Below are positions 1 to 8,849 of a stretch of 39,976 nucleotides of DNA, piece by piece. Source of the stretch: a virus. Taxonomy: Duplodnaviria; Caudoviricetes. Every line of letters begins with the position of its first letter. Positions within the stretch are counted from its first letter, which is position 1. The stretch is taken from IMG/VR virus record IMGVR_UViG_3300025621_000020, positions 1 to 39,976 of that record; one strand, written 5' to 3'. The position numbers and the translations under genes were made by a program. The notes beneath the pieces are model-generated. The model was not told where the DNA came from. It saw only the letters and a program-made list of their open reading frames with translations, and searched no databases.

Positions 1-167
1 CGGGATGTGGTGGAAGACATCACCCCTCGCAGCGATCGGGAACATGGCAATCGCTTCCATCTACGGGGTGTTCGCTGCGGGCGCGCTGGTGGAGATCATC
101 GTCCGCGACGGCGAGTTCTTCGGCTGGCGCACTGGCACTTCATGGGTGACGGCATCCGTGATTCACA
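1..167. repeat. Terminal overlap, left copy (circular assembly overlap with 39792-39976)
   Basis: 1-167 is identical to 39792-39976 except one mismatch (pos 41 A vs C) and an extra 18-bp duplication (ATGGGTGACGGCATCCGT) in the right copy. Confidence 0.95.
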
Positions 168-220
168 TTGTCTTCGCGTTGGAAGCAGAACGGACGTGGA
201 GGACCGCCCGTGTCACCTGA
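1..220 (+). CDS. 3' part of a multi-pass membrane protein of the lysis cassette (gene starts at 39547 and crosses the circular junction)
   Basis: ORF 5..220 is in frame with the GTG at 39547 across the overlap; several hydrophobic segments; follows the holin. Confidence 0.8.
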   Translation, partial: GMWWKTSPLAAIGNMAIASIYGVFAAGALVEIIVRDGEFFGWRTGTSWVTASVIHIVFALEAERTWRTARVT

Positions 221-659
221 GGACATCGCCACGATCGTCTCGAACAACCCGACTCTGCTCACCATCCTCGGCATCGTCCTGATCGCTGGGTACGTTCTCA
301 AGATTCTTTCGCTGGCGTCGGAGACCAGCGCGAAACTGCTTGGGCCGCTGGGGAAGCGGTGGCGGGAGCAGGGTAACCGGGCGGCGCGACGGGCTGATGC
401 TCGCCGGTCGGAGGAGAACCAGGTCATCCAGGACTTGCGTGCCCGCGTGGAGTATTTCGTCGAGCAGGTCGAGGAGCTGAAAGAGCATGGGCGGCAGAAG
501 GAAGCGGAGTACGAGGTGAAGGATGCATACCTCGCGTATGACGCTGCGTGGCATGGCAATACGAAGATCCATGCGGCCGAGGTCGGGTATCAGTTTCCGC
601 CTCCGGAGCACATGACGTTCAACGAGTTTCGCCGTAAGGCGTCGGGGTGGGAGGCGTAG
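210..659 (+). CDS. Membrane-anchored coiled-coil protein of the lysis cassette (one N-terminal TM)
   Basis: GTG at 210 after GGAGG; TM segment LLTILGIVLIAGYVLKIL followed by charged helical region; typical last gene of actinophage lysis cassettes. Confidence 0.7.
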   Translation: MSPEDIATIVSNNPTLLTILGIVLIAGYVLKILSLASETSAKLLGPLGKRWREQGNRAARRADARRSEENQVIQDLRARVEYFVEQVEELKEHGRQKEAEYEVKDAYLAYDAAWHGNTKIHAAEVGYQFPPPEHMTFNEFRRKASGWEA

Positions 660-2900
660 ATGGAACGGTTGCCACGGCGGACGCCGGCTGCGCAGATGGA
701 CATTGTTGGTTTGGTGTTCGATGCGTTGGCGGATGCGGTGTCGGGTCTCCCGATCATCGGGGACATCGTCGGGTTCGTCGCCAGCCTGCTCGGGAACAGC
801 AGTGCGTCGAATGCGCGGATCGCTCGGTTGGAGACGATTGTGTCGAAGGGGTCGTCGGGGTATGACGACTTCAATCGTTCGGATACGGGTAGTGCTTTGG
901 GTCGTGGTCCGCAGATGACGGCGGATTGGGTGCAGGGCGGCAACGGCGAACAACTGCGGATCACGGGGCGCGCGGCACGGTTGGTCGAAGGATCACTCGC
1001 ACCGTCACAGGGCAGGCGGTGGGCACGCTACCCACAGCCTGCATCGTCCTCCACGATGACCGCGGACACCATCTGCGACGACAAGAACATCGACTCGGCT
1101 GCGTGCACGACGTTGATTGTGTGTGCGAATGAGGCGTTCACCGAGGGCGTGTACGCGAATGTGTTTGGGACGGGTGTGTACTTGGGGAAGTTCACTCGTA
1201 GCGGCACGACGTGGTCGTTCACGGACTTTCCTGGTGGCTCGAATGCGGTGTACAAGATTGGGACTGCGGAACGTATCGAACTCCGCGCGTCCGGCTCCGG
1301 CTTGTATCAGCTGGTGGTGGAGAACTCCGTCGTCGTCGAAGCGGAAGACACAGTATTCCCGATCGACGAAGCGCACCGGTACTGCGGATTCGCGATCCAA
1401 ATGACGATCCCGTTCCCATTCAACTACCAGTATGGGTGGGGACTGTCGGCGTTTTCGATGAAGTCGGAGGCGGGGACGTTCACGGCGATCGAGTCGGTGG
1501 AGACCGTCGCCAACGGGGCCGTCACGGTAGCGAACGGGGCACAGGCCGCCGCCGACAACGCGGTAGGCACAGCGGTCACACAAGCCACAAACGCGGCAGT
1601 CGGGGCAGTCGGGGCAGCAATTGCACCAATTGTGCAGCAAGTCAACGCATTCGCGAACACCATCACAGCACCGTTTGCTGAGTCGTGGATGACGCCGGTT
1701 CCCGGCCAGCAGGTCTCGTTCCCGGATGCGCTACTCAACCGCACCCCAAAGCGTGCAGCGCGGTTAACGGCCGCTATAGAGCCGTTCATCGACCGTGTCA
1801 TCATCAGCACGGGCGACAGTGACGGCGGCAAGGACTGGTACACATCGTTCGCCACGTCGTACACGCCCGAGAAGAACGTTCTGGTCGCTGCTTACATTCA
1901 GTCGAACTACGCTGTCGGTCGCGCGACCATCTCGATCAAACTCGGCGCAGTCACCAGCCCCTGTGAGCTGTACGTCGTGTTGATGCGGATGCTTCCAAAC
2001 GGTGACGCCGAGGTTGCGTGGGTGAGCCCGAACCAGACACCGACGCTCTCGCTCGGCAAGGTTGAGTGGAATGTCACCGCGCCAAACGACATTCCGTTCG
2101 ACGAACTCGAATACATGATTGCGGGCGTCCATCAGATCGGGACCGGGAACGTGCGGTCGATCGCAGCGATTGAAAAGGATCAGTACGCGCGCAGCGCGGA
2201 GTCTTTCCCCCCGCAACAGGCGATGAACTTCACTTATTCGACGGCGATCACATCAGGGTCGGTGATCCCCAACGGGAGCCAGTCGTTCGGCACAGCGTTC
2301 TTGCTGTGGGTCGGTGTCGGGCAACGTCTGCTGTCGGGCGATCCATTGCCGCGCCAGCACACCGACAACTTCAACAACACGTTCATCTGGACAAGGATCG
2401 GCAGCGCGAACGCGGGAATCACCGATGGCATGTTCGCATACAAGAGCACGAACGACCTGAAATCGTTCTACTACTACCCACAGCCCCTCGCTTACGGCGA
2501 TCAGAGGGTCGAGGTGTTTGCAAGTGGCGTGAACGGCGTCGAGCAGGGTGCGATGTGCCGAGGAAACGCGGCCGGTTCCAGCTTTTTCGCGCTGGTGCTC
2601 ACCAGTAGTGGTGCGGCCCTGCGGCAGTGGACCTCGGCAGGCGAGTCCACGTTCTCCACTTTGGCTACCTGGTCGGGGGCGACTGACGGAACATATTGGG
2701 CGTTGGAAGCAATCGGCGACATTCTTACCGCTTACCAAGAGGTCGACGGGGCGTGGCTGTTGCGGATGCAGGTCACTGGTGTGGGCTTGACTGCCGGTAG
2801 ATACACCGGTCTGTATTGCGACCGCGCCCTGTTCACCAATTCTGGTAGCTGGGACAACTTCACGGCCAGGGACATGGTCGTACTTGAGGAGGCAGCATGA
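660..2900 (+). CDS. Minor tail protein (lectin/concanavalin-like beta domains flanking an Ala-rich helical segment)
   Basis: 746 aa; DDFNRSD...LG...W and TDNFN...WDNFTARD motifs seen in actinophage minor tail proteins; position after lysis genes. Confidence 0.75.
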   Translation: MERLPRRTPAAQMDIVGLVFDALADAVSGLPIIGDIVGFVASLLGNSSASNARIARLETIVSKGSSGYDDFNRSDTGSALGRGPQMTADWVQGGNGEQLRITGRAARLVEGSLAPSQGRRWARYPQPASSSTMTADTICDDKNIDSAACTTLIVCANEAFTEGVYANVFGTGVYLGKFTRSGTTWSFTDFPGGSNAVYKIGTAERIELRASGSGLYQLVVENSVVVEAEDTVFPIDEAHRYCGFAIQMTIPFPFNYQYGWGLSAFSMKSEAGTFTAIESVETVANGAVTVANGAQAAADNAVGTAVTQATNAAVGAVGAAIAPIVQQVNAFANTITAPFAESWMTPVPGQQVSFPDALLNRTPKRAARLTAAIEPFIDRVIISTGDSDGGKDWYTSFATSYTPEKNVLVAAYIQSNYAVGRATISIKLGAVTSPCELYVVLMRMLPNGDAEVAWVSPNQTPTLSLGKVEWNVTAPNDIPFDELEYMIAGVHQIGTGNVRSIAAIEKDQYARSAESFPPQQAMNFTYSTAITSGSVIPNGSQSFGTAFLLWVGVGQRLLSGDPLPRQHTDNFNNTFIWTRIGSANAGITDGMFAYKSTNDLKSFYYYPQPLAYGDQRVEVFASGVNGVEQGAMCRGNAAGSSFFALVLTSSGAALRQWTSAGESTFSTLATWSGATDGTYWALEAIGDILTAYQEVDGAWLLRMQVTGVGLTAGRYTGLYCDRALFTNSGSWDNFTARDMVVLEEAA

Positions 2901-3064
2901 AAGTCAATATCGACGGCTACGAGCTTGATCTGAGCATCGCTGGGGGGGCGTTGATTGTGGTGCACAATGCTTCGTTCCGTGGGTCTATCAGTCTTGCTGA
3001 TCCTGTGGCAGATCCTGAACCTGTGGTGCTGGCGCAGTCCAATTCTAATTTGGAGGCGTTGTGA
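2897..3064 (+). CDS. Small hypothetical protein (55 aa, MKVNIDGYELDLSIAGG...)
   Basis: ATGA overlap with the upstream stop and GTGA overlap with the downstream start; preceded by GAGGAGG; below the ORF-track cutoff. Confidence 0.65.
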   Translation: MKVNIDGYELDLSIAGGALIVVHNASFRGSISLADPVADPEPVVLAQSNSNLEAL

Positions 3065-5247
3065 AGTCGATTGTGACTGCGTTGGTTGATCCGTCGGGGG
3101 CGGCGGATTACGGCCCGGACGCGTACGTGGAGATTTGGTCGCAGCTACCAGTCGGGGCGGGTGGGACGATCGCGACGGATAAGCCGCTGCGTGTCCCCGT
3201 CACCGCCTCGGGACTGTCGACGCCGCCGATTCGGGCAGGTAACTACCTCATCCGCATGAAACTCGCGGCATCCCGTACCGCCCTCGGGCCGTACCCCTTC
3301 ACCATGCCCGACGGCGACGGCACCACCGAACTCTGGCCCCTCATCGCAGCAGCAGTCAACATCCCCCCAGACACACCCGTCCAGAAAATTCAGGAAGCCC
3401 TCGCGGCGTATCTGATTGCGAACCCCATCGACGGCAACGGACTCGACCAAACCGCTGTCGACGCCCGCATCGAAACAGTCGGTGACACACGTTATGCACC
3501 CATCGGATCGACCGGTGCGACGACCGTCGACGCCCTCACCGACGCCGGAACAGTCGGCAAGGCCGTCGCGAAAGCATCGACCCCGCAGGTAGCCACGAAG
3601 GCGATCGGCGCTGTCAGCTCACGCCTGATCCCGGACATCTCGAACTCGTGGTGGCAGTCCATCCAGGCGTACTTCGTGCACGGCCGAGTGTTCGTGGGCG
3701 GCTGCGGCGTGGACGGCGGTGTGCGCATCGGCTGGGTCGACATCGAAAACGGCATCGTCGGACGCACACGCCTCAACCCCGAACGATATTTCCAGGACGA
3801 CCACGACAGCGTCGGCATGGCATTCGACCTCACCCCGAACGTCAACCGGCGCGCCCTCGCCGTCTACTCCCCGCACGACGACGACAACTACCTGCGCCTG
3901 CGCGAGGCCGAAGGCTACAACACCTTCGACTCGGTCGGCCCCGAAGTGCAGCTCCAATTCGGTGGCGGCACGTCCGTCGCGTACGGCTCGGTCATGGCCA
4001 AGCCTGCCGAGACCAACAAGCGGGTCAACACCGTCAGCGGGTCGGCGGTCCTCGACTGCGTCACCTCCGTCAGTGCGCCGGTCGCACACGGACTGGTCGA
4101 CGGGATGCGCTACCGCTTCACCACGGCAGGAGCCCCGGCACCGTTCGTCGCGGGTGTGTCCTACTGGGTGGTCAACTCCACCGCCGACACCACCAAGTTC
4201 GGGCTCGCAGCCACACGCGGCGGCGCAGCGATCGCAGCCACCGTGACCTCGGCGGACGCCTCGAAGGTGCTCACCGACTCCGGGCGCGGCATGGTCCGCT
4301 GCCGTAACGGCGGCTTCAACAAGATCGCCCGCTCGACCAACCTCCAGGTGTCGGTCACCGAGCGCCCCACCAACACGCCGCCCTCGTTCGAGGACTCCGC
4401 CGACGAGCGCTTCACCCTCATCGAGGCCGCGTACATCGCCTACACCGAGGCAGGGAACACGTTCTGGGCCATCGCGACCGGCGACCCCACTCCCGTCCCG
4501 GCCAACGGTTCGACCAAGACGTACTTCTTCAAGGGCATCAAGGGTGGAACCGGGGCCGTGCGCAATGCGGCGAGCAACATCATCGGCCATCTGTGGGGTG
4601 CACCGCCCGCTGTCGGGGCACCGCTCATCCCCGTCACGGGTGCAGGTCCGAACGCGGACATGATCTACGACGCGACGGGCGACGACGGACGCCGCTACTA
4701 CGACATCGCTCGCGGTGGTGACGCGGTGGCCGTGATGTCGTTCAGCCGCGCCGACTACGCCACCACGCCAGGCTCGGACGGTGTCGCGGTCATCGCAGAC
4801 CCGGCCCGCGCCGAACTCGGCGGAACCTACAAGGTGATGCGCCGCAGGACCAACGCGACGACGAACCTGTGGATCGACGAGACCATCGTTCCCACCGGTA
4901 AGCCGTTCGGTGCGTACAAATCCGTCTACGTCGGCGGCATGTGCTTCGAGCGTGACGACACCCTCGGCAACGCCGTCCTCGCAGTGGTCGAGTCGAACAA
5001 TGTCTGGACGCTTCGCCGTTACGTCCGCACCGGACTCGCGTACCCAACCACCGTGCCCGGTACGTGGGCCGAGGATTCGATCCTCTACACCGCACCGGCC
5101 GGGTACAAGCTCGGCCGCCCGAAGATCCCGCTGGGGTCGGAGGGCCGCGCTGCCGGTGAGCGCATCTTCACCGTCTCGGAGTACTCCTACTACGACACGG
5201 CATCGTTCAACGCCATTCGCGGCGGAGAGATTGTGGGGAAGTACTGA
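3061..5247 (+). CDS. Tail fibre/tailspike-like protein with probable BNR-type beta-propeller
   Basis: 728 aa; N-terminal anchor-like domain and TDAGTVGKAVAKA linker common in actinophage minor tails; QDDHDS...VYSPH resembles the BNR_4 motif. Confidence 0.65.
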   Translation: MKSIVTALVDPSGAADYGPDAYVEIWSQLPVGAGGTIATDKPLRVPVTASGLSTPPIRAGNYLIRMKLAASRTALGPYPFTMPDGDGTTELWPLIAAAVNIPPDTPVQKIQEALAAYLIANPIDGNGLDQTAVDARIETVGDTRYAPIGSTGATTVDALTDAGTVGKAVAKASTPQVATKAIGAVSSRLIPDISNSWWQSIQAYFVHGRVFVGGCGVDGGVRIGWVDIENGIVGRTRLNPERYFQDDHDSVGMAFDLTPNVNRRALAVYSPHDDDNYLRLREAEGYNTFDSVGPEVQLQFGGGTSVAYGSVMAKPAETNKRVNTVSGSAVLDCVTSVSAPVAHGLVDGMRYRFTTAGAPAPFVAGVSYWVVNSTADTTKFGLAATRGGAAIAATVTSADASKVLTDSGRGMVRCRNGGFNKIARSTNLQVSVTERPTNTPPSFEDSADERFTLIEAAYIAYTEAGNTFWAIATGDPTPVPANGSTKTYFFKGIKGGTGAVRNAASNIIGHLWGAPPAVGAPLIPVTGAGPNADMIYDATGDDGRRYYDIARGGDAVAVMSFSRADYATTPGSDGVAVIADPARAELGGTYKVMRRRTNATTNLWIDETIVPTGKPFGAYKSVYVGGMCFERDDTLGNAVLAVVESNNVWTLRRYVRTGLAYPTTVPGTWAEDSILYTAPAGYKLGRPKIPLGSEGRAAGERIFTVSEYSYYDTASFNAIRGGEIVGKY

Positions 5248-5738
5248 TGACCGATCGCATCCGCGTGGACAAGATCACCGTCTCACGGCCCACGACCGTC
5301 GGGGATCGACACCCTGTCGTGGTCAACGCAGACGGCTCGTTCGAGGTTAGGGAACCGACACCGATCGCATTGGGCATGGTCGCGGCAGCGCTGCCTGCCA
5401 GTCAGAGCAACCGGGGCGCGAACCACCTCTACAGCACGTCGAACGTGGGCTCGATACTGCTCCCTCGTGACAGTCGCCTGGTCGGGCTGTCGGTCGGCTG
5501 CGTCACCGCGATCACGGCGGGCACTCTCGTCGTGAAGCCGAGCCGCAGTGGTGTCAGCGTTCCCAACGCGACCCTCTCTCTCGGCGTGGGCGAGCAACGC
5601 AAGACGCAGTGGTGGGGTCACGCGGCGGGAATGACGTTCGCTGCAGCCACGGACACCATCGGAATTAACACCGACACCGACGCGGCGTGGGTCGCCCAAA
5701 ACGTCGTGTTCCAACTGTTCTTCGCCATGCAGCCCTGA
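5247..5738 (+). CDS. Hypothetical protein, probably tail-associated
   Basis: 163 aa beta-rich ORF with TGATG overlap to the tail fibre gene. Confidence 0.6.
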   Translation: MTDRIRVDKITVSRPTTVGDRHPVVVNADGSFEVREPTPIALGMVAAALPASQSNRGANHLYSTSNVGSILLPRDSRLVGLSVGCVTAITAGTLVVKPSRSGVSVPNATLSLGVGEQRKTQWWGHAAGMTFAAATDTIGINTDTDAAWVAQNVVFQLFFAMQP

Positions 5739-5765
5739 CCCGAAACGGGCACATAACGCGAGGTT

Positions 5766-5799
5766 TGTCCCCACGGTGGGGACACATCAGGGGTAAGAT
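5766..5799 (+). promoter_or_regulatory. 19-bp inverted repeat operator TGTCCCCAC-G-GTGGGGACA plus -10 box TAAGAT of a probable leaderless transcript
   Basis: Perfect 9-bp arms at 5766-5784; TAAGAT at 5794-5799 ends 7 nt before ATG 5806. Confidence 0.6.
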
Positions 5800-5805
5800 G
5801 AAGGC

Positions 5806-5946
5806 ATGACGAACACCGTGTTCTGCGAGAACTGCGACGACCAGATCCACCGCGACGGCGAGTCCTGGGTGCACGAGGATGACTACGCCTTGTGTGGAAT
5901 CGACGACGATTTCGAGAAGGTTGCGCGGCCGAAAAACGCTGCGTGA
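5806..5946 (+). CDS. Small Cys/His-containing protein (46 aa, MTNTVFCENCDDQIHRDGESWVH...)
   Basis: CxxC...H...C possible Zn ribbon; stop overlaps the GTG of the next gene. Confidence 0.6.
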   Translation: MTNTVFCENCDDQIHRDGESWVHEDDYALCGIDDDFEKVARPKNAA

Positions 5947-6251
5947 CTCCACAGAAGCGAGGCGTTGTCCCGACGGTCGAGGAGCAGCGGCTGCGTGCTG
6001 CGGTGATCGGTGCGGAGGCAGCGGAGAAGGAACTGCACGCTGCTGTCGTGGCCGCTCTGATCGCGGGCGGGTCAGTGCGGGAGGTCGCTCGGGTATCCGG
6101 TATTAGCGTGAACACGATCGAGCGTTGGGGTCGTGCGGGCGGCTGGCCCTCGGCGGAGCAGTCGGCGGCGTGGGCGAAAGCGCGAGCCGACCAGGAAGCA
6201 CTTCGGGCGCGGCAGGCAGATGCACGACGACGACTCGAGGAGATGGAATGA
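5943..6251 (+). CDS. Helix-turn-helix DNA-binding protein
   Basis: GGSVREVARVSGISVNTIERW is a clear HTH; GTG 5943 overlaps the upstream stop. Confidence 0.8.
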   Translation: MTPQKRGVVPTVEEQRLRAAVIGAEAAEKELHAAVVAALIAGGSVREVARVSGISVNTIERWGRAGGWPSAEQSAAWAKARADQEALRARQADARRRLEEME

Positions 6252-6520
6252 AGTCGCGGAACCTCGACGTCGGCTCGCTTGAACTGACCCGAATCAACAC
6301 GGCACCGGCGGAACTCAGATGCACGCACGCGGACCCGGTTGTGACAATCACGGACGAGTTCGTCCGCGAGATGGCACGGCCGAATCCGTGGGTGACCGTG
6401 GACGGACCGATCGCATCCGGTGCTGTGCTGCGGATGACGTTGACGAATGGAACGTGGGTTTACGTCCTGCGTGAGTTCGTCCCAGCCGAGGGCGTCTGGA
6501 TTGCTCAGTGGCCGGACTGA
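6248..6520 (+). CDS. Hypothetical protein (90 aa)
   Basis: ATGA overlap with the HTH gene; GAGGAG upstream. Confidence 0.6.
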   Translation: MKSRNLDVGSLELTRINTAPAELRCTHADPVVTITDEFVREMARPNPWVTVDGPIASGAVLRMTLTNGTWVYVLREFVPAEGVWIAQWPD

Positions 6521-6568
6521 TGCGTCCCTGCTGGTAGGACATCTGAACGGCAGAGACATGCTCCCTAC

Positions 6569-6601
6569 AAGCCCCTGTGACCCCCAGAGGTCCAGGGGCT
6601 T
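6569..6601. terminator. Stem-loop, possible terminator
   Basis: AAGCCCCTG-T-GACC-loop-GGTC-CAGGGGCTT inverted repeat; U-tract weak. Confidence 0.4.
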
Positions 6602-6721
6602 CCCCATGCCCGCATACGGGCTCACAGATCCCCAACCAGAACGGGGGTGACCGCCATGCTGCGGCTCACAATCGTCGCCCTACTCGGGGCGGCAACCATC
6701 TACTACCTCAGGAGAATCATC

Positions 6722-7039
6722 ATGGCTACACGTGACGAACTGCTCACCGAAATCACCGGCATCAAGGATCAGGTCGTGAAGTCCCGCGGCGAGTTCGTCG
6801 CGAAGATCACCGGCTTGGAGGAGAAGCTGGCGGCCGCTCAGCCGATCACCCTCGAAGACCTCGCAGAGTTGAAGAGCGAGGTTCAGGTGTCGGACGACGT
6901 CAACCCGGACCCGGTCATCGAACCGGCACCCGTCGAGACCCCGGAGGTTCCCGCCGAGCCCGTCGAGGTCGTCGAGGTCGTCGAGGTCGAGACCCCGGCA
7001 GTCGACGAGACTCCCGCCGAGGACACCACCACCGCCTAG
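6722..7039 (+). CDS. Hypothetical protein with coiled-coil N-terminus and acidic Pro/Glu/Val-rich tail
   Basis: ATG 6722 follows CAGGAGA; an alternative start at 6647/6656 would add a hydrophobic segment. Confidence 0.65.
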   Translation: MATRDELLTEITGIKDQVVKSRGEFVAKITGLEEKLAAAQPITLEDLAELKSEVQVSDDVNPDPVIEPAPVETPEVPAEPVEVVEVVEVETPAVDETPAEDTTTA

Positions 7040-7108
7040 ACTGGACCGTGCTGGACGATCCACCCGCATGGGTGGGGTAGCTCAGCCGTCGAACAATCTC
7101 GACGAATC

Positions 7109-7146
7109 GGCCCCGTCTCCCAATCGAGGGAGGCGGGGCCTTTTCT
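7109..7146 (+). terminator. Rho-independent terminator ending rightward transcription before attP
   Basis: GGCCCCGTCTCCC-AATCGA-GGGAGGCGGGGCC followed by TTTTCT. Confidence 0.85.
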
Positions 7147-7266
7147 CGTTGCAATCCTGTTGACGCGGTCAACACGCCGAAACGAATCCGCAGGTCAGAA
7201 AATCACGTCAACGACCACTATTCGGAACGTTTAAGCAGGTCAGCACCGGTATAGGCTGGGAATGAG

Positions 7267-7293
7267 AGGGGTTCGAGTCCCCTTAGCTCCACC
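7267..7293 (+). other. 3' fragment of a tRNA-Ala (T-arm plus acceptor 3' strand); att-type core, possibly relict
   Basis: AGGGGTTCGAGTCCCCTTAGCTCCACC matches, from recall, the 3' end of actinobacterial tRNA-Ala; no 5' half upstream. Confidence 0.75.
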
Positions 7294-7478
7294 GAGAATC
7301 CGTTGCCCTAGTCCATCGAACGGGCGTGCGATTCTGGCGTATCGCAATCCGACGTTTATCCGACGAAATAACCAAAACAGTTCCCAATGGTTCCATACAA
7401 GCAAGACATACAGACCGCCAAAAAACCGCAGCTCAAAGCCCAGAACCCTCAATGCCGAGAACAGCCCGTCGAACCCCG

Positions 7479-7535
7479 ACGGAGAAGCCCTGGCAATGCA
7501 GCAGAGGACCCGGGTTCGATTCCCGGCAGCTCCAC
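7479..7535 (+). other. attP common core: 3' end of tmRNA (ssrA)
   Basis: ACGGAGAAGCC...GGACCCGGGTTCGATTCCCGGCAGCTCCAC matches, from recall, the 3' end of Mycobacteriales tmRNA; it abuts the 3' end of the integrase gene. Confidence 0.85.
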
Positions 7536-7536
7536 A

Positions 7537-7586
7537 AAGGCCAGGTCAGCAAGCCCACACAGGCTAGCTGGCCTGGTCTTCTTTTT
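7537..7586. terminator. Terminator for the restored ssrA, probably bidirectional (also int)
   Basis: AGGCCAGGTCAGC...GCTGGCCTGGTCT stem (with G-U pairs) followed by TCTTTTT; A-run on the left side. Confidence 0.7.
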
Positions 7587-8847
7587 CGTCCACCCGACAC
7601 TTATCCGACGCTTTCGCAATCGCACCATCGAGCGTCGTCGCCACGATCTCATGCGTCCGACCCCGACCCATGTACACATCCTGGGTCATCGACACCTGCG
7701 CGTGCCCGAGCTGATCGGCAGCCACACGGGCCGTCAACCCCTCGTCGTCGAGGATCGTCGCGACCGTCTTGCGAAAGGTGTGGGAGGTCACCCAGTCCAG
7801 TCCGAGGGCGGCACGGACTTGCCGCCACTGCCGCGCCACCGTATCCGGATCACGGAGCGTTCCGGTGGAGGACTCGAACAGCATCGGCCCATGCGGATGC
7901 GCGGCCCGCTCGGTGAGCATGTCGACAGCGAATGCCGGCAACGGTAACTCACGTTCCCCGGCTTCGGACTTCGGGAACCCCTGCCACACCAGCCCGACAC
8001 CCACCAGGCGGACCACCTTCCCCGCGACACGGACGCGGCGTCTTTCGACGTCGACGTCCTCCGCCCACCGCAGGCCCATCAGTTCACCGATGCGGACACC
8101 GGTGGCCGCGAACATCGTGACGACGTCCGCGAGGTCCGCATGCTCACAGAACTCTGCGACCGTCGGGACACGTTGATGCGTCGTCGTCCGCAACCCCTTG
8201 CGGACTTGGTACGGCGACAGGATCACGGGGCACGGCACATCCGACTCACGAACCGCCGTCAACACGTCCGCCAACACTGACGCGTCCATCGACTTCGGGC
8301 GTTTGCGCCGCTTCGACGCCTTCAACTCGATCTCACGGACCGGGTTGACCGTGCACGCCCCGAACCGAACGGCGAGCTTGAACATGCCAGTGAGGATCGT
8401 CCGGGCGATCTTCGCGGTTCCGACACCGGAGCGAGCGACGACTTCGGCGATGAACGCATCGAGCCGCTGCGTCGTGGCTTCCCGGATTTGCAGGCTGCCG
8501 AGGGCCGCGACAATCCGTTTCCCGATCGGATCGTAGGACTCGAACGTCAACGGTGCCCGGTCCTTCTCGACGAGCTGCTGCCGGTACGCGGACCAAAGGA
8601 CGGCGACCTTGGATGTCGCGGTGATGGTGTCGGATGTGGTGACGGTACGTTCAGTGAGCGCTTCAACCAAGGCGCGTTCGGCGGCTGCCCCTGTCCGGTC
8701 TGTGATGCCGGTGGGGGTGTACCGCATCATGGCGCGGGTGACTCCGTCGGCGTCGCGAACTCGGCAGGTTGCTTGCCATCGTCCGTCGGGGAGTTGGCGT
8801 CGGGTTATTTTGCCGTGCGTCCCAATCGGGAGCGGTGGTCTCGGCAT
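7564..8847 (-). CDS. int: Tyrosine integrase
   Basis: Catalytic motifs TGVRIGEL (R), PKS (K), HTFR, LGH and TQDVY (Y); N-terminus MPRPPLPIGTHGKI; start placed at ATG 8847 just after the lipoprotein stop. Confidence 0.95.
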   Translation of the reverse strand: MPRPPLPIGTHGKITRRQLPDGRWQATCRVRDADGVTRAMMRYTPTGITDRTGAAAERALVEALTERTVTTSDTITATSKVAVLWSAYRQQLVEKDRAPLTFESYDPIGKRIVAALGSLQIREATTQRLDAFIAEVVARSGVGTAKIARTILTGMFKLAVRFGACTVNPVREIELKASKRRKRPKSMDASVLADVLTAVRESDVPCPVILSPYQVRKGLRTTTHQRVPTVAEFCEHADLADVVTMFAATGVRIGELMGLRWAEDVDVERRRVRVAGKVVRLVGVGLVWQGFPKSEAGERELPLPAFAVDMLTERAAHPHGPMLFESSTGTLRDPDTVARQWRQVRAALGLDWVTSHTFRKTVATILDDEGLTARVAADQLGHAQVSMTQDVYMGRGRTHEIVATTLDGAIAKASDKCRVDEKEDQAS

Positions 8848-8849
8848 CG

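Larger units (their letters stand above)
7349..7610. repeat. Candidate integrase arm-type sites (CCGACRYTTATCCGACG at 7349-7365 and 7594-7610)
   Basis: Two near-identical 17-bp direct repeats flank the tmRNA core; CAGGTCAG also recurs at 7191, 7236 and 7542. Confidence 0.55.

Noticed and set aside
3619-4590. Long antisense ORFs (also 5618-6625, 30204-31142, 37039-38019 and others)
   Set aside because: Shadow frames of GC-rich coding genes with no RBS, motifs or operon logic.
6950-6995. 9-bp GTCGAGGTC repeats (and the Pro-Ala repeat at about 38530-38570)
   Set aside because: In-frame low-complexity protein linkers, not regulatory arrays.
7070-7140. tRNA gene suggested by GGGGTAGCTCAG
   Set aside because: No D-loop GG, anticodon arm or T-loop in register; the downstream part is a terminator hairpin.
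7200-7535. Complete tRNA-Ala or tmRNA genes
   Set aside because: Only 3' fragments are present; no matching 5' acceptor strand (GGGGCT...) or tag reading frame upstream.
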